Below are positions 53,449 through 62,455 of a DNA stretch of 64,000 bases, one piece after another. Location: IMG/VR virus record IMGVR_UViG_3300038345_000251, positions 1-64,000 of that record. One strand, given 5' to 3'. Made by a program: the position numbers and the translations under genes. Position 1 is the first letter of the stretch. Every line of letters begins with the position of its first letter. Origin of the DNA: a virus. Taxonomy: Duplodnaviria; Heunggongvirae; Uroviricota; Caudoviricetes. The notes under the pieces were generated by a model. It worked only from the letters and a program-made list of their open reading frames with translations, was not told the origin of the DNA and searched no databases.

Positions 53449-53560
53449 TTTCATAATAAATAAATCTTAATATATTAATAAATATTTGTTTGGTTTAATT
53501 TGTTTTTTATAAAACTTTTATAAGAAATAATACTATTTATAAACAAAGAAAAATAGTACT

Positions 53561-54118
53561 ATGGCAGTAAAAAATAAAGTAAACGAAAATAGATTAGACT
53601 ACGAACCTTGGGGTTACAGGGTAGATGTTGGTTATACAAGTAAAAAAACTGCAATTAATGCAACTATTGAAAAATTTTTTACTAATGTAAAATATAGTAA
53701 AAAAGACGAAAAAATACACTTTTATAATCTTAAAGGCGAAGAAAAGGGTAGTATTAACGTTAATGATTTTTCATCAGGTGTAATTAAAGGTACATCATAC
53801 GATGCAGCAACAAAAATATTAACCATTAAATATGAAAACGGAAAATCTGTCTCATTTAACCTTACCCCAATCATTAATTCCATCGTTGAAAAAATAGACG
53901 AAAATATTAGTGTTTTATCAGGTACTGTAGAAGAAATTATTAATAACGAAATGGCATTACAAAGTGCTGCATTTTCTGATAGTGAATATGTGTGGGATGA
54001 AGACAATAAGAAAATGGTTATTAGATTTTATAATACAAACAGTGAACTTAAAGATACTATTGAATTGTTTGATACTAACGATGAAGGAGAAGTAATGATA
54101 GAAGCAGGTAAATTTTAA
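53561..54118 (+). CDS. Putative virion structural protein
   Basis: CTATTTAT motif upstream; ends EAGKF like next gene (EAGTF). Confidence 0.55.
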   Translation: MAVKNKVNENRLDYEPWGYRVDVGYTSKKTAINATIEKFFTNVKYSKKDEKIHFYNLKGEEKGSINVNDFSSGVIKGTSYDAATKILTIKYENGKSVSFNLTPIINSIVEKIDENISVLSGTVEEIINNEMALQSAAFSDSEYVWDEDNKKMVIRFYNTNSELKDTIELFDTNDEGEVMIEAGKF

Positions 54119-54171
54119 CAAAGAAAAAAAAAATAACAAATAATAAATGAAATTAAAGTATTAACAAAATT

Positions 54172-55992
54172 ATGGCAAAAACATTTAGGTATAAACATTT
54201 ATTAAGTAGTACAGCTAATAATGTTCCAGCAAGTGATAAGTTATTAAAGGGTGAAATTGCTATTAATGACTTAGACGAGAAGTTATTTATTAAAAATAAC
54301 GGTGGTGAAATTGTAACATTCATTCCAGAAAGTCAGATTAATGCTAAAATCAATGCTCTTGATAAAGCAGCATCAGCAGAAGACGGTAAAGTAGTTACAA
54401 CTGTTAGTGAGACTAACGGTGTTGTTTCTGAAACTAAAGCAAAGGTTAAAGACCTTCAACTTGGTGGTTATTCAAAAGACACTACAGCAACAGGTGCAAT
54501 CGGTTCAACCGATACCATTAACACTGCTTTAAGTAAACTTGAAAACACAGTTGCTGCTAACGAAATCAGCAACAGTGACCATTCAATTACTGTTACAACA
54601 GCTTCTACAGGTACTGATATTGCAGTAAACATCAAAACAGGTGAAAAAGTAATTAAACTTGGCAATGATGGTATTTATACTGACATTAAAATCAGTGCTT
54701 TAACTGCAACAGAAATTGGTGAACTTCCTGGTTCTACTAATATTAAAGAAGCTTATAAACTTCTTGATAGTGACGGTAATAAACTTGGTGATGTTATTAA
54801 AATCTACAAAGATAGTTCATTGTATAATGCTTATCTTGGTCACATGGATGATAGTATTACATCATCAACAGACCCTACAGTCGTTCCTGGTACAGGTGAT
54901 ACTGCACTTTGCTTTATCTATCAAAAAGCAGATGGTACATATGAATTAGTTAAAGTTGATGTTTCACGGTTCCTTGAAGAAGCTGAATTCCTTGATGGTT
55001 TAACTGTTAATAACCATGTTGTTAAAGTTTTAATTGACCCTACTTCAGAAACATTCTTAACAGTAAGTTCTAACGGTGTTAAATTAAGTGGTGTACAGAA
55101 TGCTATTAATACAGCAATCCAAGCACTTGATGTAACTGCTGATACAGCACAGGCTGGTCAATATGTTGCTGCTATTAAAGAAACTGACGGTCTTGTAGCA
55201 GTTAAAACTAGAGCAAACGTAAGTGAAGCAGTTCTTAATAACTATGTTAAAGGTACTGATGGTTCAGATGTTGCTGCAACTGATACATTAAATCAGGCAA
55301 TCAGCAAACTTGAAAATCAAATTAGCATAGCTTCATCTGCTGCAACATCTAAAGTTGAAAAAGATGCAAATGCAAGTCACTTAACAGTTACTTCAACAAC
55401 AGGTGCTGATAATTCAGTAACTTATACAATCGGTGAAAACGATATTGCAAGTAATAGTGATTTAACAGCAGAAATTGCAGCAAGAAAAGCTGTTGATGGA
55501 CAAACAGGTCAAACTTATGTAGCAAATGGTAGTACAAACTATATTGGAGATGCAACATCACTTAACGATGCTGATGTTAAACTTGATGCAGCAATTAAAG
55601 CAAATAATGACAGAGCAATTTCAGCAGAAAATACATTACAGAGTGAACTTGATACAACACAAACAGGTGCAGGTTTAAATACTGACGGTACTTATACAGC
55701 AAACACTAGTTCTAATTACCTTACAGGTGCAACATCACTTGCTGATGCTGATAACAAACTTGATACCAAACTTTTCGAACTTAGTGGTGCTGTCAAAAAT
55801 GCTGTTGAAGGACTTGATTATACAGATACTGATGTAACAAATCAGTGGGTAACAAAAGTTGACGAAGCTAATGGTGTAATTGTACCAGCTAGAAGTTATA
55901 TTAGTGTTACTAACTTAACAACAAACGGAGACCCTGACTTTACAGTTGATGGAACAACAGGTGAAATTATTCTTGAAGCAGGTACATTCTAA
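54172..55992 (+). CDS. Tail fibre-like protein (GEIAIN anchor, T/A/D-rich repeats)
   Basis: LLKGEIAINDLDEKLFIKN; repeated ATSL.DAD.KLD. Confidence 0.7.
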   Translation: MAKTFRYKHLLSSTANNVPASDKLLKGEIAINDLDEKLFIKNNGGEIVTFIPESQINAKINALDKAASAEDGKVVTTVSETNGVVSETKAKVKDLQLGGYSKDTTATGAIGSTDTINTALSKLENTVAANEISNSDHSITVTTASTGTDIAVNIKTGEKVIKLGNDGIYTDIKISALTATEIGELPGSTNIKEAYKLLDSDGNKLGDVIKIYKDSSLYNAYLGHMDDSITSSTDPTVVPGTGDTALCFIYQKADGTYELVKVDVSRFLEEAEFLDGLTVNNHVVKVLIDPTSETFLTVSSNGVKLSGVQNAINTAIQALDVTADTAQAGQYVAAIKETDGLVAVKTRANVSEAVLNNYVKGTDGSDVAATDTLNQAISKLENQISIASSAATSKVEKDANASHLTVTSTTGADNSVTYTIGENDIASNSDLTAEIAARKAVDGQTGQTYVANGSTNYIGDATSLNDADVKLDAAIKANNDRAISAENTLQSELDTTQTGAGLNTDGTYTANTSSNYLTGATSLADADNKLDTKLFELSGAVKNAVEGLDYTDTDVTNQWVTKVDEANGVIVPARSYISVTNLTTNGDPDFTVDGTTGEIILEAGTF

Positions 55993-56082
55993 AAATTAAA
56001 TAAAGACGAAAACGTTGAAAAAGGCGGTTGAAATATTTACCGCCTTTTTTTAAATAATAAGAGAATTTATATTCAAAATAAT

Positions 56083-57333
56083 ATGGCAAAAAAGTTTAGA
56101 TATAAACATATATCAAGCATCATTGAAGATAGAGTACCAAGTGAATTACTTGATGGTGAAATTGCCGTTAACCGATTTGCTGGTAAAGAAAAATTGTTCA
56201 TTAAAAATAGTAGTGGACAAATTATTTCCTTTATTCCAGAACATGATGTAACAACATTGATTAGTAACTTAACTGAACAACTTGCTGAACTTAGTTCTTC
56301 AACTATTGATGAAATTGCAAGAGCACAATCAGCAGAAACAGTTCTTCAAGAAGAAATTGATATTGTTAGCGCACATACAACAACATTGGCTATTGCTTGT
56401 GCTGAAGACTTCAAAGAACTTAGTGGTAGCTTGAAGACATTAACTATCGCAATTGGTGAAGACTTCGATGAGTTTGAATACAACATTAATCAATTAAGTT
56501 CAAGTACTAAACAAATCGAAAGTAGTGTTTCAGGTATTGTTGGTGATAACATTAGAGAACTTAGTGCATCAGTTATTACATTGAGTTCAAGTACTGAAGA
56601 TATTGCTGGTGATTTACATGATGAAGTTACAAGAGCAACAAACGTTGATAACACACTTAGTGGTAATGTTACAACTCTTAGTGGTAATGTCATAACTCTT
56701 AGTGGTAATGTTACAACTCTTAGTGGTAATTTAGATACATTGGCGATTGCTGCAACAGAAGATATTGATGAACTTCAATATCAAGTTGATATTAAGACTG
56801 CATTACTTGATGAAAAAGTTGATAATGAAATCACAAGAGCAAGAACTTCTGAACAATCTGTTAGTGGTGCTGTACAAACCCTTAGTGCAGGTACACTTAA
56901 TACCTTCACACGTAAGCCAGTTACGATTTGGGAAACAGATGGTACAAGAGGATTACTTGGTGTAAATAATAGTACTATGGATTTAAGTAATTCATGGCAA
57001 CTTGAAAACCTTGATTTCACACCATATAAGTTTGTTTTGGCATACTTTAAACAAGCCGATACTGGAGCAACAGCAACTGCTGCTACACCATCAGTGGTAT
57101 GTACAATTCCATTAGATAGTGCTTCACTTTCTACAGGATATACCGCATATGTTGGTGGTGCAGGTGGAACAAACCCTAATAATAGAGATATTCATTTCCA
57201 AGTTCTTTGTGCAATTGATAGCACTAAAACAAAATTCCAAGTTGTGTCTGAACATTCAATTGCAGGAACAATACTTGCACAGAAAAACGATAATGGTAGA
57301 TACTGTTATAAGATTGTAGGTTATTATGAATAA
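56083..57333 (+). CDS. Fibre-like coiled-coil protein (GEIAVN anchor)
   Basis: LLDGEIAVN..KEKLFIKN; heptad repeats, E..RA motifs. Confidence 0.7.
   Translation: MAKKFRYKHISSIIEDRVPSELLDGEIAVNRFAGKEKLFIKNSSGQIISFIPEHDVTTLISNLTEQLAELSSSTIDEIARAQSAETVLQEEIDIVSAHTTTLAIACAEDFKELSGSLKTLTIAIGEDFDEFEYNINQLSSSTKQIESSVSGIVGDNIRELSASVITLSSSTEDIAGDLHDEVTRATNVDNTLSGNVTTLSGNVITLSGNVTTLSGNLDTLAIAATEDIDELQYQVDIKTALLDEKVDNEITRARTSEQSVSGAVQTLSAGTLNTFTRKPVTIWETDGTRGLLGVNNSTMDLSNSWQLENLDFTPYKFVLAYFKQADTGATATAATPSVVCTIPLDSASLSTGYTAYVGGAGGTNPNNRDIHFQVLCAIDSTKTKFQVVSEHSIAGTILAQKNDNGRYCYKIVGYYE
56656..56730 (+). repeat. 21-bp in-frame tandem repeat (LSGNV(T/I)T) x~3.5
   Basis: CTTAGTGGTAATGTTACAACT repeats. Confidence 0.85.
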
Positions 57334-57359
57334 TAAATGTTAAAAGTTTGATTGATACT

Positions 57360-57506
57360 ATGTTAGAACAAACAAGAATATTTACAAATGAAGATGCTTA
57401 TGAAGCATATGTTGCATCATCAGGTTTTACTGAAAGAGCAAATGTATCTATTATTCAGTCAAATGATAATGTTCATTTTGATTATACACCTATTGCAAGC
57501 GAATAA
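57360..57506 (+). CDS. 48-aa stand-alone copy of the F....YE.Y...NVS.....VHF anchor motif (not in ORF track)
   Basis: MLEQTRIFTNEDAYEAYVASSGFTERANVSIIQSNDNVHFDYTPIASE*. Confidence 0.6.
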   Translation: MLEQTRIFTNEDAYEAYVASSGFTERANVSIIQSNDNVHFDYTPIASE

Positions 57507-57599
57507 TATTATATATTTATAAATTAATGAAAAACGCACTCATTTGGGTGCGTTTTTCTTATTTTTAAAGACTATTTATTAAGAAAATACATTTATATT

Positions 57600-59003
57600 A
57601 TGATATATACAAAACGTTTTGAACAGCATTCTGAATATGAAGAATTTATAAGTGGAGGTACTAATGTATACAAACCAAACGTATCTGTTTGTGAAGATAA
57701 CTATCATGTACATTATAATCCTGGTCCACCAATTGACAAAAGGGATGATAGTGAAATTTATGGTGTAATCGAAATTGGTAATATTGAACCATTTAGTTAT
57801 GAAGGTGGTGAACAAACAGGAATTAGTTTAACTACAAGAGCAACAAATACATGGGCATTAACCCAAAAGTCTGATTGGCTACATGTTGAACCTATAAGGG
57901 GAACAGGTAATACTACATTAACAATTGAGGCAGATGAATATGATAATATTGAAGAAAATAGAGAAGGCTTCTTTAAAGTTAGATACACAATGCCTGATGT
58001 AAGATACAGTACTACTAAGTATGGTATTATACAGAAACATAAACTAGACCCAAAAACATGTCCACTAACTTTTGAAATAATTTCTGGTGGTACATTGTAT
58101 TGGAGAACAAATGATACAAACTTAACAAGAACCATTGAATATAAAAAGAATGATGGCGAATGGATAGAAGTAACTTCAAGTCAAGATAATGATGGATTGG
58201 GAACTATAATATGTACTGTCGTGGAAAATGATATTGTAAGATTTAGAGGCAATAATTCTAATGGATACGGAAATTATCATCAATTTAAAACAAGTGATGG
58301 TTGTTCTTTATATGCTTATGGAAATATTAATAGTTTATTATCTAAAGAACAATTTGTAACAATAACAACCATTGCAAATAATAGTTATATATTTTCAAAT
58401 TTATTTATGGGTTTAAGTGCATTAACATCTCACCTATCTTATAAACTTTTGCTACCTGCCACAGATGTTAGAGGATATGGTGCATATATAGCAATGTTTA
58501 AAAATTGTAGTAATATTTCTAAATCACCAGTCATTTTAAGTAACTGCATTAATGGTAATAGTACATATGCTACTATGTTCGAGGGTTGTACATCATTAAT
58601 AGAAGCACCAAAACTACCAACAACATTATCTAACCAAAGAACATTTGAAAGGATGTTTTTAAATTGCACTAGTTTAGTAACACCACCAGAATTGCCATCA
58701 ACTAATTTGACACAATATTGTTATCTAAATATGTTTGAAGGATGTACAAGTCTTACCACAGCACCTGAATTACCCGCAACAACATTGGTAGGTGACTGTT
58801 ATTATAGGATGTTTTTTAATTGTAGTAATTTAAGCAATATTAAATGTCTTGCAACTGACATAAGTGCAACAAGATGTACATCAGATTGGGTTAGAGGTGT
58901 ACAAACAAGTTCTGGTACATTTGTTAAAAATCCCGCAATGTCATCATGGACAACAGGTACTAGTGGCATTCCAGCTAATTGGACAGTAGAGGATGCTACG
59001 TAA
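57600..59003 (+). CDS. Adhesin-like protein: anchor motif + BACON-like domain + BspA-like LRR
   Basis: W......DWLHV.P..G.GNT (BACON-like); MF.GCTSL..APELP repeats; C-terminus shared with 37533..40526. Confidence 0.75.
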   Translation: MIYTKRFEQHSEYEEFISGGTNVYKPNVSVCEDNYHVHYNPGPPIDKRDDSEIYGVIEIGNIEPFSYEGGEQTGISLTTRATNTWALTQKSDWLHVEPIRGTGNTTLTIEADEYDNIEENREGFFKVRYTMPDVRYSTTKYGIIQKHKLDPKTCPLTFEIISGGTLYWRTNDTNLTRTIEYKKNDGEWIEVTSSQDNDGLGTIICTVVENDIVRFRGNNSNGYGNYHQFKTSDGCSLYAYGNINSLLSKEQFVTITTIANNSYIFSNLFMGLSALTSHLSYKLLLPATDVRGYGAYIAMFKNCSNISKSPVILSNCINGNSTYATMFEGCTSLIEAPKLPTTLSNQRTFERMFLNCTSLVTPPELPSTNLTQYCYLNMFEGCTSLTTAPELPATTLVGDCYYRMFFNCSNLSNIKCLATDISATRCTSDWVRGVQTSSGTFVKNPAMSSWTTGTSGIPANWTVEDAT

Positions 59004-59063
59004 TGATTTTATATTATAATATTTTAGGAAAAAGCAAGTTAAAAACAACTTGCTTTTTTTTAG

Positions 59064-59085
59064 GGAACTATATACCTGTTGTCCA
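59064..59085. mobile_element. Solitary copy of the tnpB-element terminal inverted repeat
   Basis: GGAACTATATACCTGTTGTCCA, near-identical to 50291 repeat. Confidence 0.65.
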
Positions 59086-59218
59086 AAACTGGGTAAAAGA
59101 AAAGCCACAAGTAATAACTCACGGCTTATCAGCTCTATATTATATAACTTAACACCATTATACCATAAATCATCTTTTAAATCACCACCATGATAATAAA
59201 TGTTAACATTAGAAGTTT

Positions 59219-59641
59219 CTACTGCTCTTCCATTAATCTATTTACTGAAAGATTACCAAATACACCTATTTTATCATCAAACCAATCTTTCATTACTTGT
59301 TTCAAGAATAATTTTCTACATAATTTATCAGTAAACATATTCTTGAATTTTTCTATAAGCAAATCTTGTAAATCTTCTTCGTAAAGACTTTTGAGTGGTT
59401 CACCATTTGATGCAAACATAGTAACGATTCTTACCTTTTCAGGCATACCGTTAGCACCTATACGTTCAAGATTTCCTTTTTTAAAATTGTTATCAAGAAA
59501 TTTCTTTACAACAAGTACTTTATCTGGGTCAATAGTATATGGTTTACCTGTACTTTTTGGAACAGGTATTTGTTGAATTTCTTCATTTAATATTCTTGCA
59601 AGATTTTTCTCTTGTTCTTCAGTTATAATTACCCTTTTCAT
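59219..59641 (-). CDS. Hypothetical virion-associated protein
   Basis: IITEEQ...LNEE leader. Confidence 0.6.
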   Translation of the reverse strand: MKRVIITEEQEKNLARILNEEIQQIPVPKSTGKPYTIDPDKVLVVKKFLDNNFKKGNLERIGANGMPEKVRIVTMFASNGEPLKSLYEEDLQDLLIEKFKNMFTDKLCRKLFLKQVMKDWFDDKIGVFGNLSVNRLMEEQ

Positions 59642-59709
59642 ATAAAATATTATATCTATAAATATTTTATACTTTTAAAAACTATTTATAAAGAAAATAT
59701 AAGAATATT

Positions 59710-60003
59710 ATGGGAAAAAATACAATTAAATTAAACGAATCACAACTCAAAAAGATTGTTGCTGAATCAGTAAAAAGAGTATTGAAAGAGGCTGATGATT
59801 TTAACGCACATGGGTATAAAGCCCTAAACAACTATGGTGGGAATGAAATACAAATCAATAACAGCGGTGATGCAGCAAGATTAAAATTCCAGAATGGTGA
59901 AATAACTGACTGGCTTGAAATTGAATTTGACGATGAAGGTGTTGCATATATTACAACGCCTAATGGACAACAAGAAAAATTGTCAGATTATATGAGATAT
60001 TAA
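59710..60003 (+). CDS. Hypothetical virion-associated protein
   Basis: IKLNESQLKKIVAESVKRVLKE leader; CTATTTAT motif upstream. Confidence 0.65.
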   Translation: MGKNTIKLNESQLKKIVAESVKRVLKEADDFNAHGYKALNNYGGNEIQINNSGDAARLKFQNGEITDWLEIEFDDEGVAYITTPNGQQEKLSDYMRY

Positions 60004-60035
60004 GCAACCTTACATTACAGTAAGAATAAATATAA

Positions 60036-60064
60036 AAAAGGTGAGTAGTTTTACTCACCTTTTA
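60036..60064. terminator. Bidirectional intrinsic terminator
   Basis: AAAAGGTGAGTA..TACTCACCTTTT between convergent genes. Confidence 0.75.
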
Positions 60065-60065
60065 T

Positions 60066-61253
60066 TTATTTAACTTGTAACGAATCATATACTGGTTTAG
60101 TTTTTACTATTGTGTTATCTCCTATTTTGCCGACATTATTAATATCAATTGTGTGTGGATAAGTAATTTTAAATATATATCCGTTTTCATATTCATTTTC
60201 AAGTAATAAGTCTGTTATCTTATCTTCGATTTCATCTTGGATTGCTCTTGCAATTGGACGTGCGCCATATTCTTTTTCATCTTTTACAATATTAAGAATA
60301 TAATCTATAACATTTTCATCATATTCGACATTATAACCAATTTCATTAAGTCTATTTTCAAATTTCTTAATTTCAAGTTTGATAATATCTTTAAGATTTT
60401 CATCGGTAAGACTATTGAAATAAATAACATTTGTAAGACGGTTAATAAATTCAGCAGGGAATTTCTTTTTCAATTCTTTAAGAAGAATTTTCTTACTGTT
60501 TTCATCGGCATCTGTATTAAAACCAATTCCTTTACCAAAATCATTTGCTGCTTTTGTACCAACATTCGATGTGAATAATACAATTACGTTCTTAAAGTCA
60601 ACACGCATACCAGAGTTATCTGTAAGGAAACCTTCATCAAGTACCTGTAAGAAAATATTATAAACTTCAGGGTCTGCTTTTTCAATTTCGTCAAGAAGAA
60701 GTACACAATATTTCTTATTCTTAACAGCTTCAGTTAATAAACCACCATCTTCATAACCAACATAACCTGGGTTAGAACCGATAAGTTTATTTACTGCTGT
60801 TTTGTCAAAATATTCTGACATATCAAAACGAATAATTGCCTCTTCTGTACCAAACATTTCTTTTGCTAATTTCTTGGCTATAAGAGTATTGTGACTTAAT
60901 ATATCATTTGTGTAATATCTATGATTAGAGTTATCAGAAAGTTCTAAGTCATACATTTCTTCATAAACACCTGTATTAATAATTTCTGTTATTTCTTCAA
61001 CACCATCTTTTGTTAATATTAAATCTCCAACATTAAGTTCTTTTGCAAAAACTTCATCCATATTATTATTAAATAATATATGGTCATCAGCACATTCAAG
61101 TGTTTTATTTTTAGTTTTAATAATAAATTTTAAATATGGAATTGTTTGATGTATTGCAACAATATCAACAAACCCATTATCAGTTTCAACTTCGTAGTCA
61201 AAAATGTTTTGTGACCATGTAAACTTTCTATTAACAGTTTCAGATTTTAACAT
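60066..61253 (-). CDS. clpC: C-intein (122 aa) fused to C-terminal half of ClpC-like ATPase
   Basis: CADDH block B, YDL block F, SHN/T splice junction; then RFDMSEY, GYVGYE.GG.LTE, LLDEIEKA, IGF loop, YGARP. Confidence 0.9.
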   Translation of the reverse strand: MLKSETVNRKFTWSQNIFDYEVETDNGFVDIVAIHQTIPYLKFIIKTKNKTLECADDHILFNNNMDEVFAKELNVGDLILTKDGVEEITEIINTGVYEEMYDLELSDNSNHRYYTNDILSHNTLIAKKLAKEMFGTEEAIIRFDMSEYFDKTAVNKLIGSNPGYVGYEDGGLLTEAVKNKKYCVLLLDEIEKADPEVYNIFLQVLDEGFLTDNSGMRVDFKNVIVLFTSNVGTKAANDFGKGIGFNTDADENSKKILLKELKKKFPAEFINRLTNVIYFNSLTDENLKDIIKLEIKKFENRLNEIGYNVEYDENVIDYILNIVKDEKEYGARPIARAIQDEIEDKITDLLLENEYENGYIFKITYPHTIDINNVGKIGDNTIVKTKPVYDSLQVK

Positions 61254-62401
61254 ATATTTAAAAAATTTAAAATTTGTTGTATAACTTTATTTTTATTATT
61301 TCTATAATCATTTTCCCATATATTTAAATAAGAAAAACCATTATTTATTGCAACTTTTTGTTTTTTAGCGTCAAATTCCCATAAATCTTTACTAGTTTTA
61401 TCTTTTTTAAATGGGTTAGGTGTATCATTTTCTTCAAATATTAAAGGGTTAGCATGATATATATCACCTTGAAATTCTATTATTTTCCTTTTATTTAGGT
61501 CGGTAAAATCATAAATATAATTAATGCCTTCTTCTCTTAAACAATACTCATGATTTTTAGTTGCATAAAAAATATAGTCTTTTTCTTCATCTTTATAATA
61601 TTTTAAAATTGTGTCAAATAATTCTTGTGATATTTTTGAATATCCAACATGTAAATTTTCTGATTTATGAAGTGTGTTTTGCCATTTTTTTTGACGTTCT
61701 TCCCATACTTTTATGCCATCTTCTTCACCATATTTTTCAATACATTTTTCTTTTGAAAAGAAACATTGTTTTTCAGAAATAATCTGTTGTGCTTCTTCAA
61801 GTGTACAACCACTAATTTTTATCCAATACTCTGGACATCTCCAACTTCTTTGTCTAACTTTTTCAATGTTACCATTTGAAATTTTTGAGTATTTTGATTG
61901 TATTTTGCTTATTTCTTCTTTTGCTTCGTTTTCAGAATATCCTCTACTTGTCCAATATTCAATACAATATCTACTTTTTTCCCTAAAAAACAAATCAGCA
62001 TTTTCAATGTTACCAAGTTTTTTAATTATAGTTTCTTTATCACAATTACCTCTATTTTTTACAAATTGTGTAAAACATTTTTGTTTCTCAGTTATTTTTT
62101 GTCTTCCTTCTTCTTCAGAATAACCTTTATTTAACCAATATTCAATACACAAAGGACTTTTTTTCTTTTTTTCTTTTTCAATTTTATCAGCATATTCTTT
62201 TCCAATAAAAGATAATCTTTTAATTTTGAAACTTTTATTATTGAAACAAATACATTCTGGATTTGAACAATTTGTTATACTAAAAATATTTTCACTCTTT
62301 TTTTTGCACTCTAAATCACTACCACAAAGTTTACATTTTGGTAGTTCATTAGAATCTGTTTCAAAAACTACAATACCATTATATTTAAATTTTTTCCCCA
62401 T
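61247..62401 (-). CDS. Free-standing Vsr/EDxHD-like homing endonuclease between split-intein halves
   Basis: YDF....IIEFQGDIYH...D..K...A...GF....IWE.D; three YW...G.SE.EA repeats; own CTATTTAT motif. Confidence 0.8.
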   Translation of the reverse strand: MGKKFKYNGIVVFETDSNELPKCKLCGSDLECKKKSENIFSITNCSNPECICFNNKSFKIKRLSFIGKEYADKIEKEKKKKSPLCIEYWLNKGYSEEEGRQKITEKQKCFTQFVKNRGNCDKETIIKKLGNIENADLFFREKSRYCIEYWTSRGYSENEAKEEISKIQSKYSKISNGNIEKVRQRSWRCPEYWIKISGCTLEEAQQIISEKQCFFSKEKCIEKYGEEDGIKVWEERQKKWQNTLHKSENLHVGYSKISQELFDTILKYYKDEEKDYIFYATKNHEYCLREEGINYIYDFTDLNKRKIIEFQGDIYHANPLIFEENDTPNPFKKDKTSKDLWEFDAKKQKVAINNGFSYLNIWENDYRNNKNKVIQQILNFLNIC

Positions 62402-62455
62402 ACTTATATTTTATATATAAATAGTTTAAAAAATTAATTTATTGGTTGAACAGGG

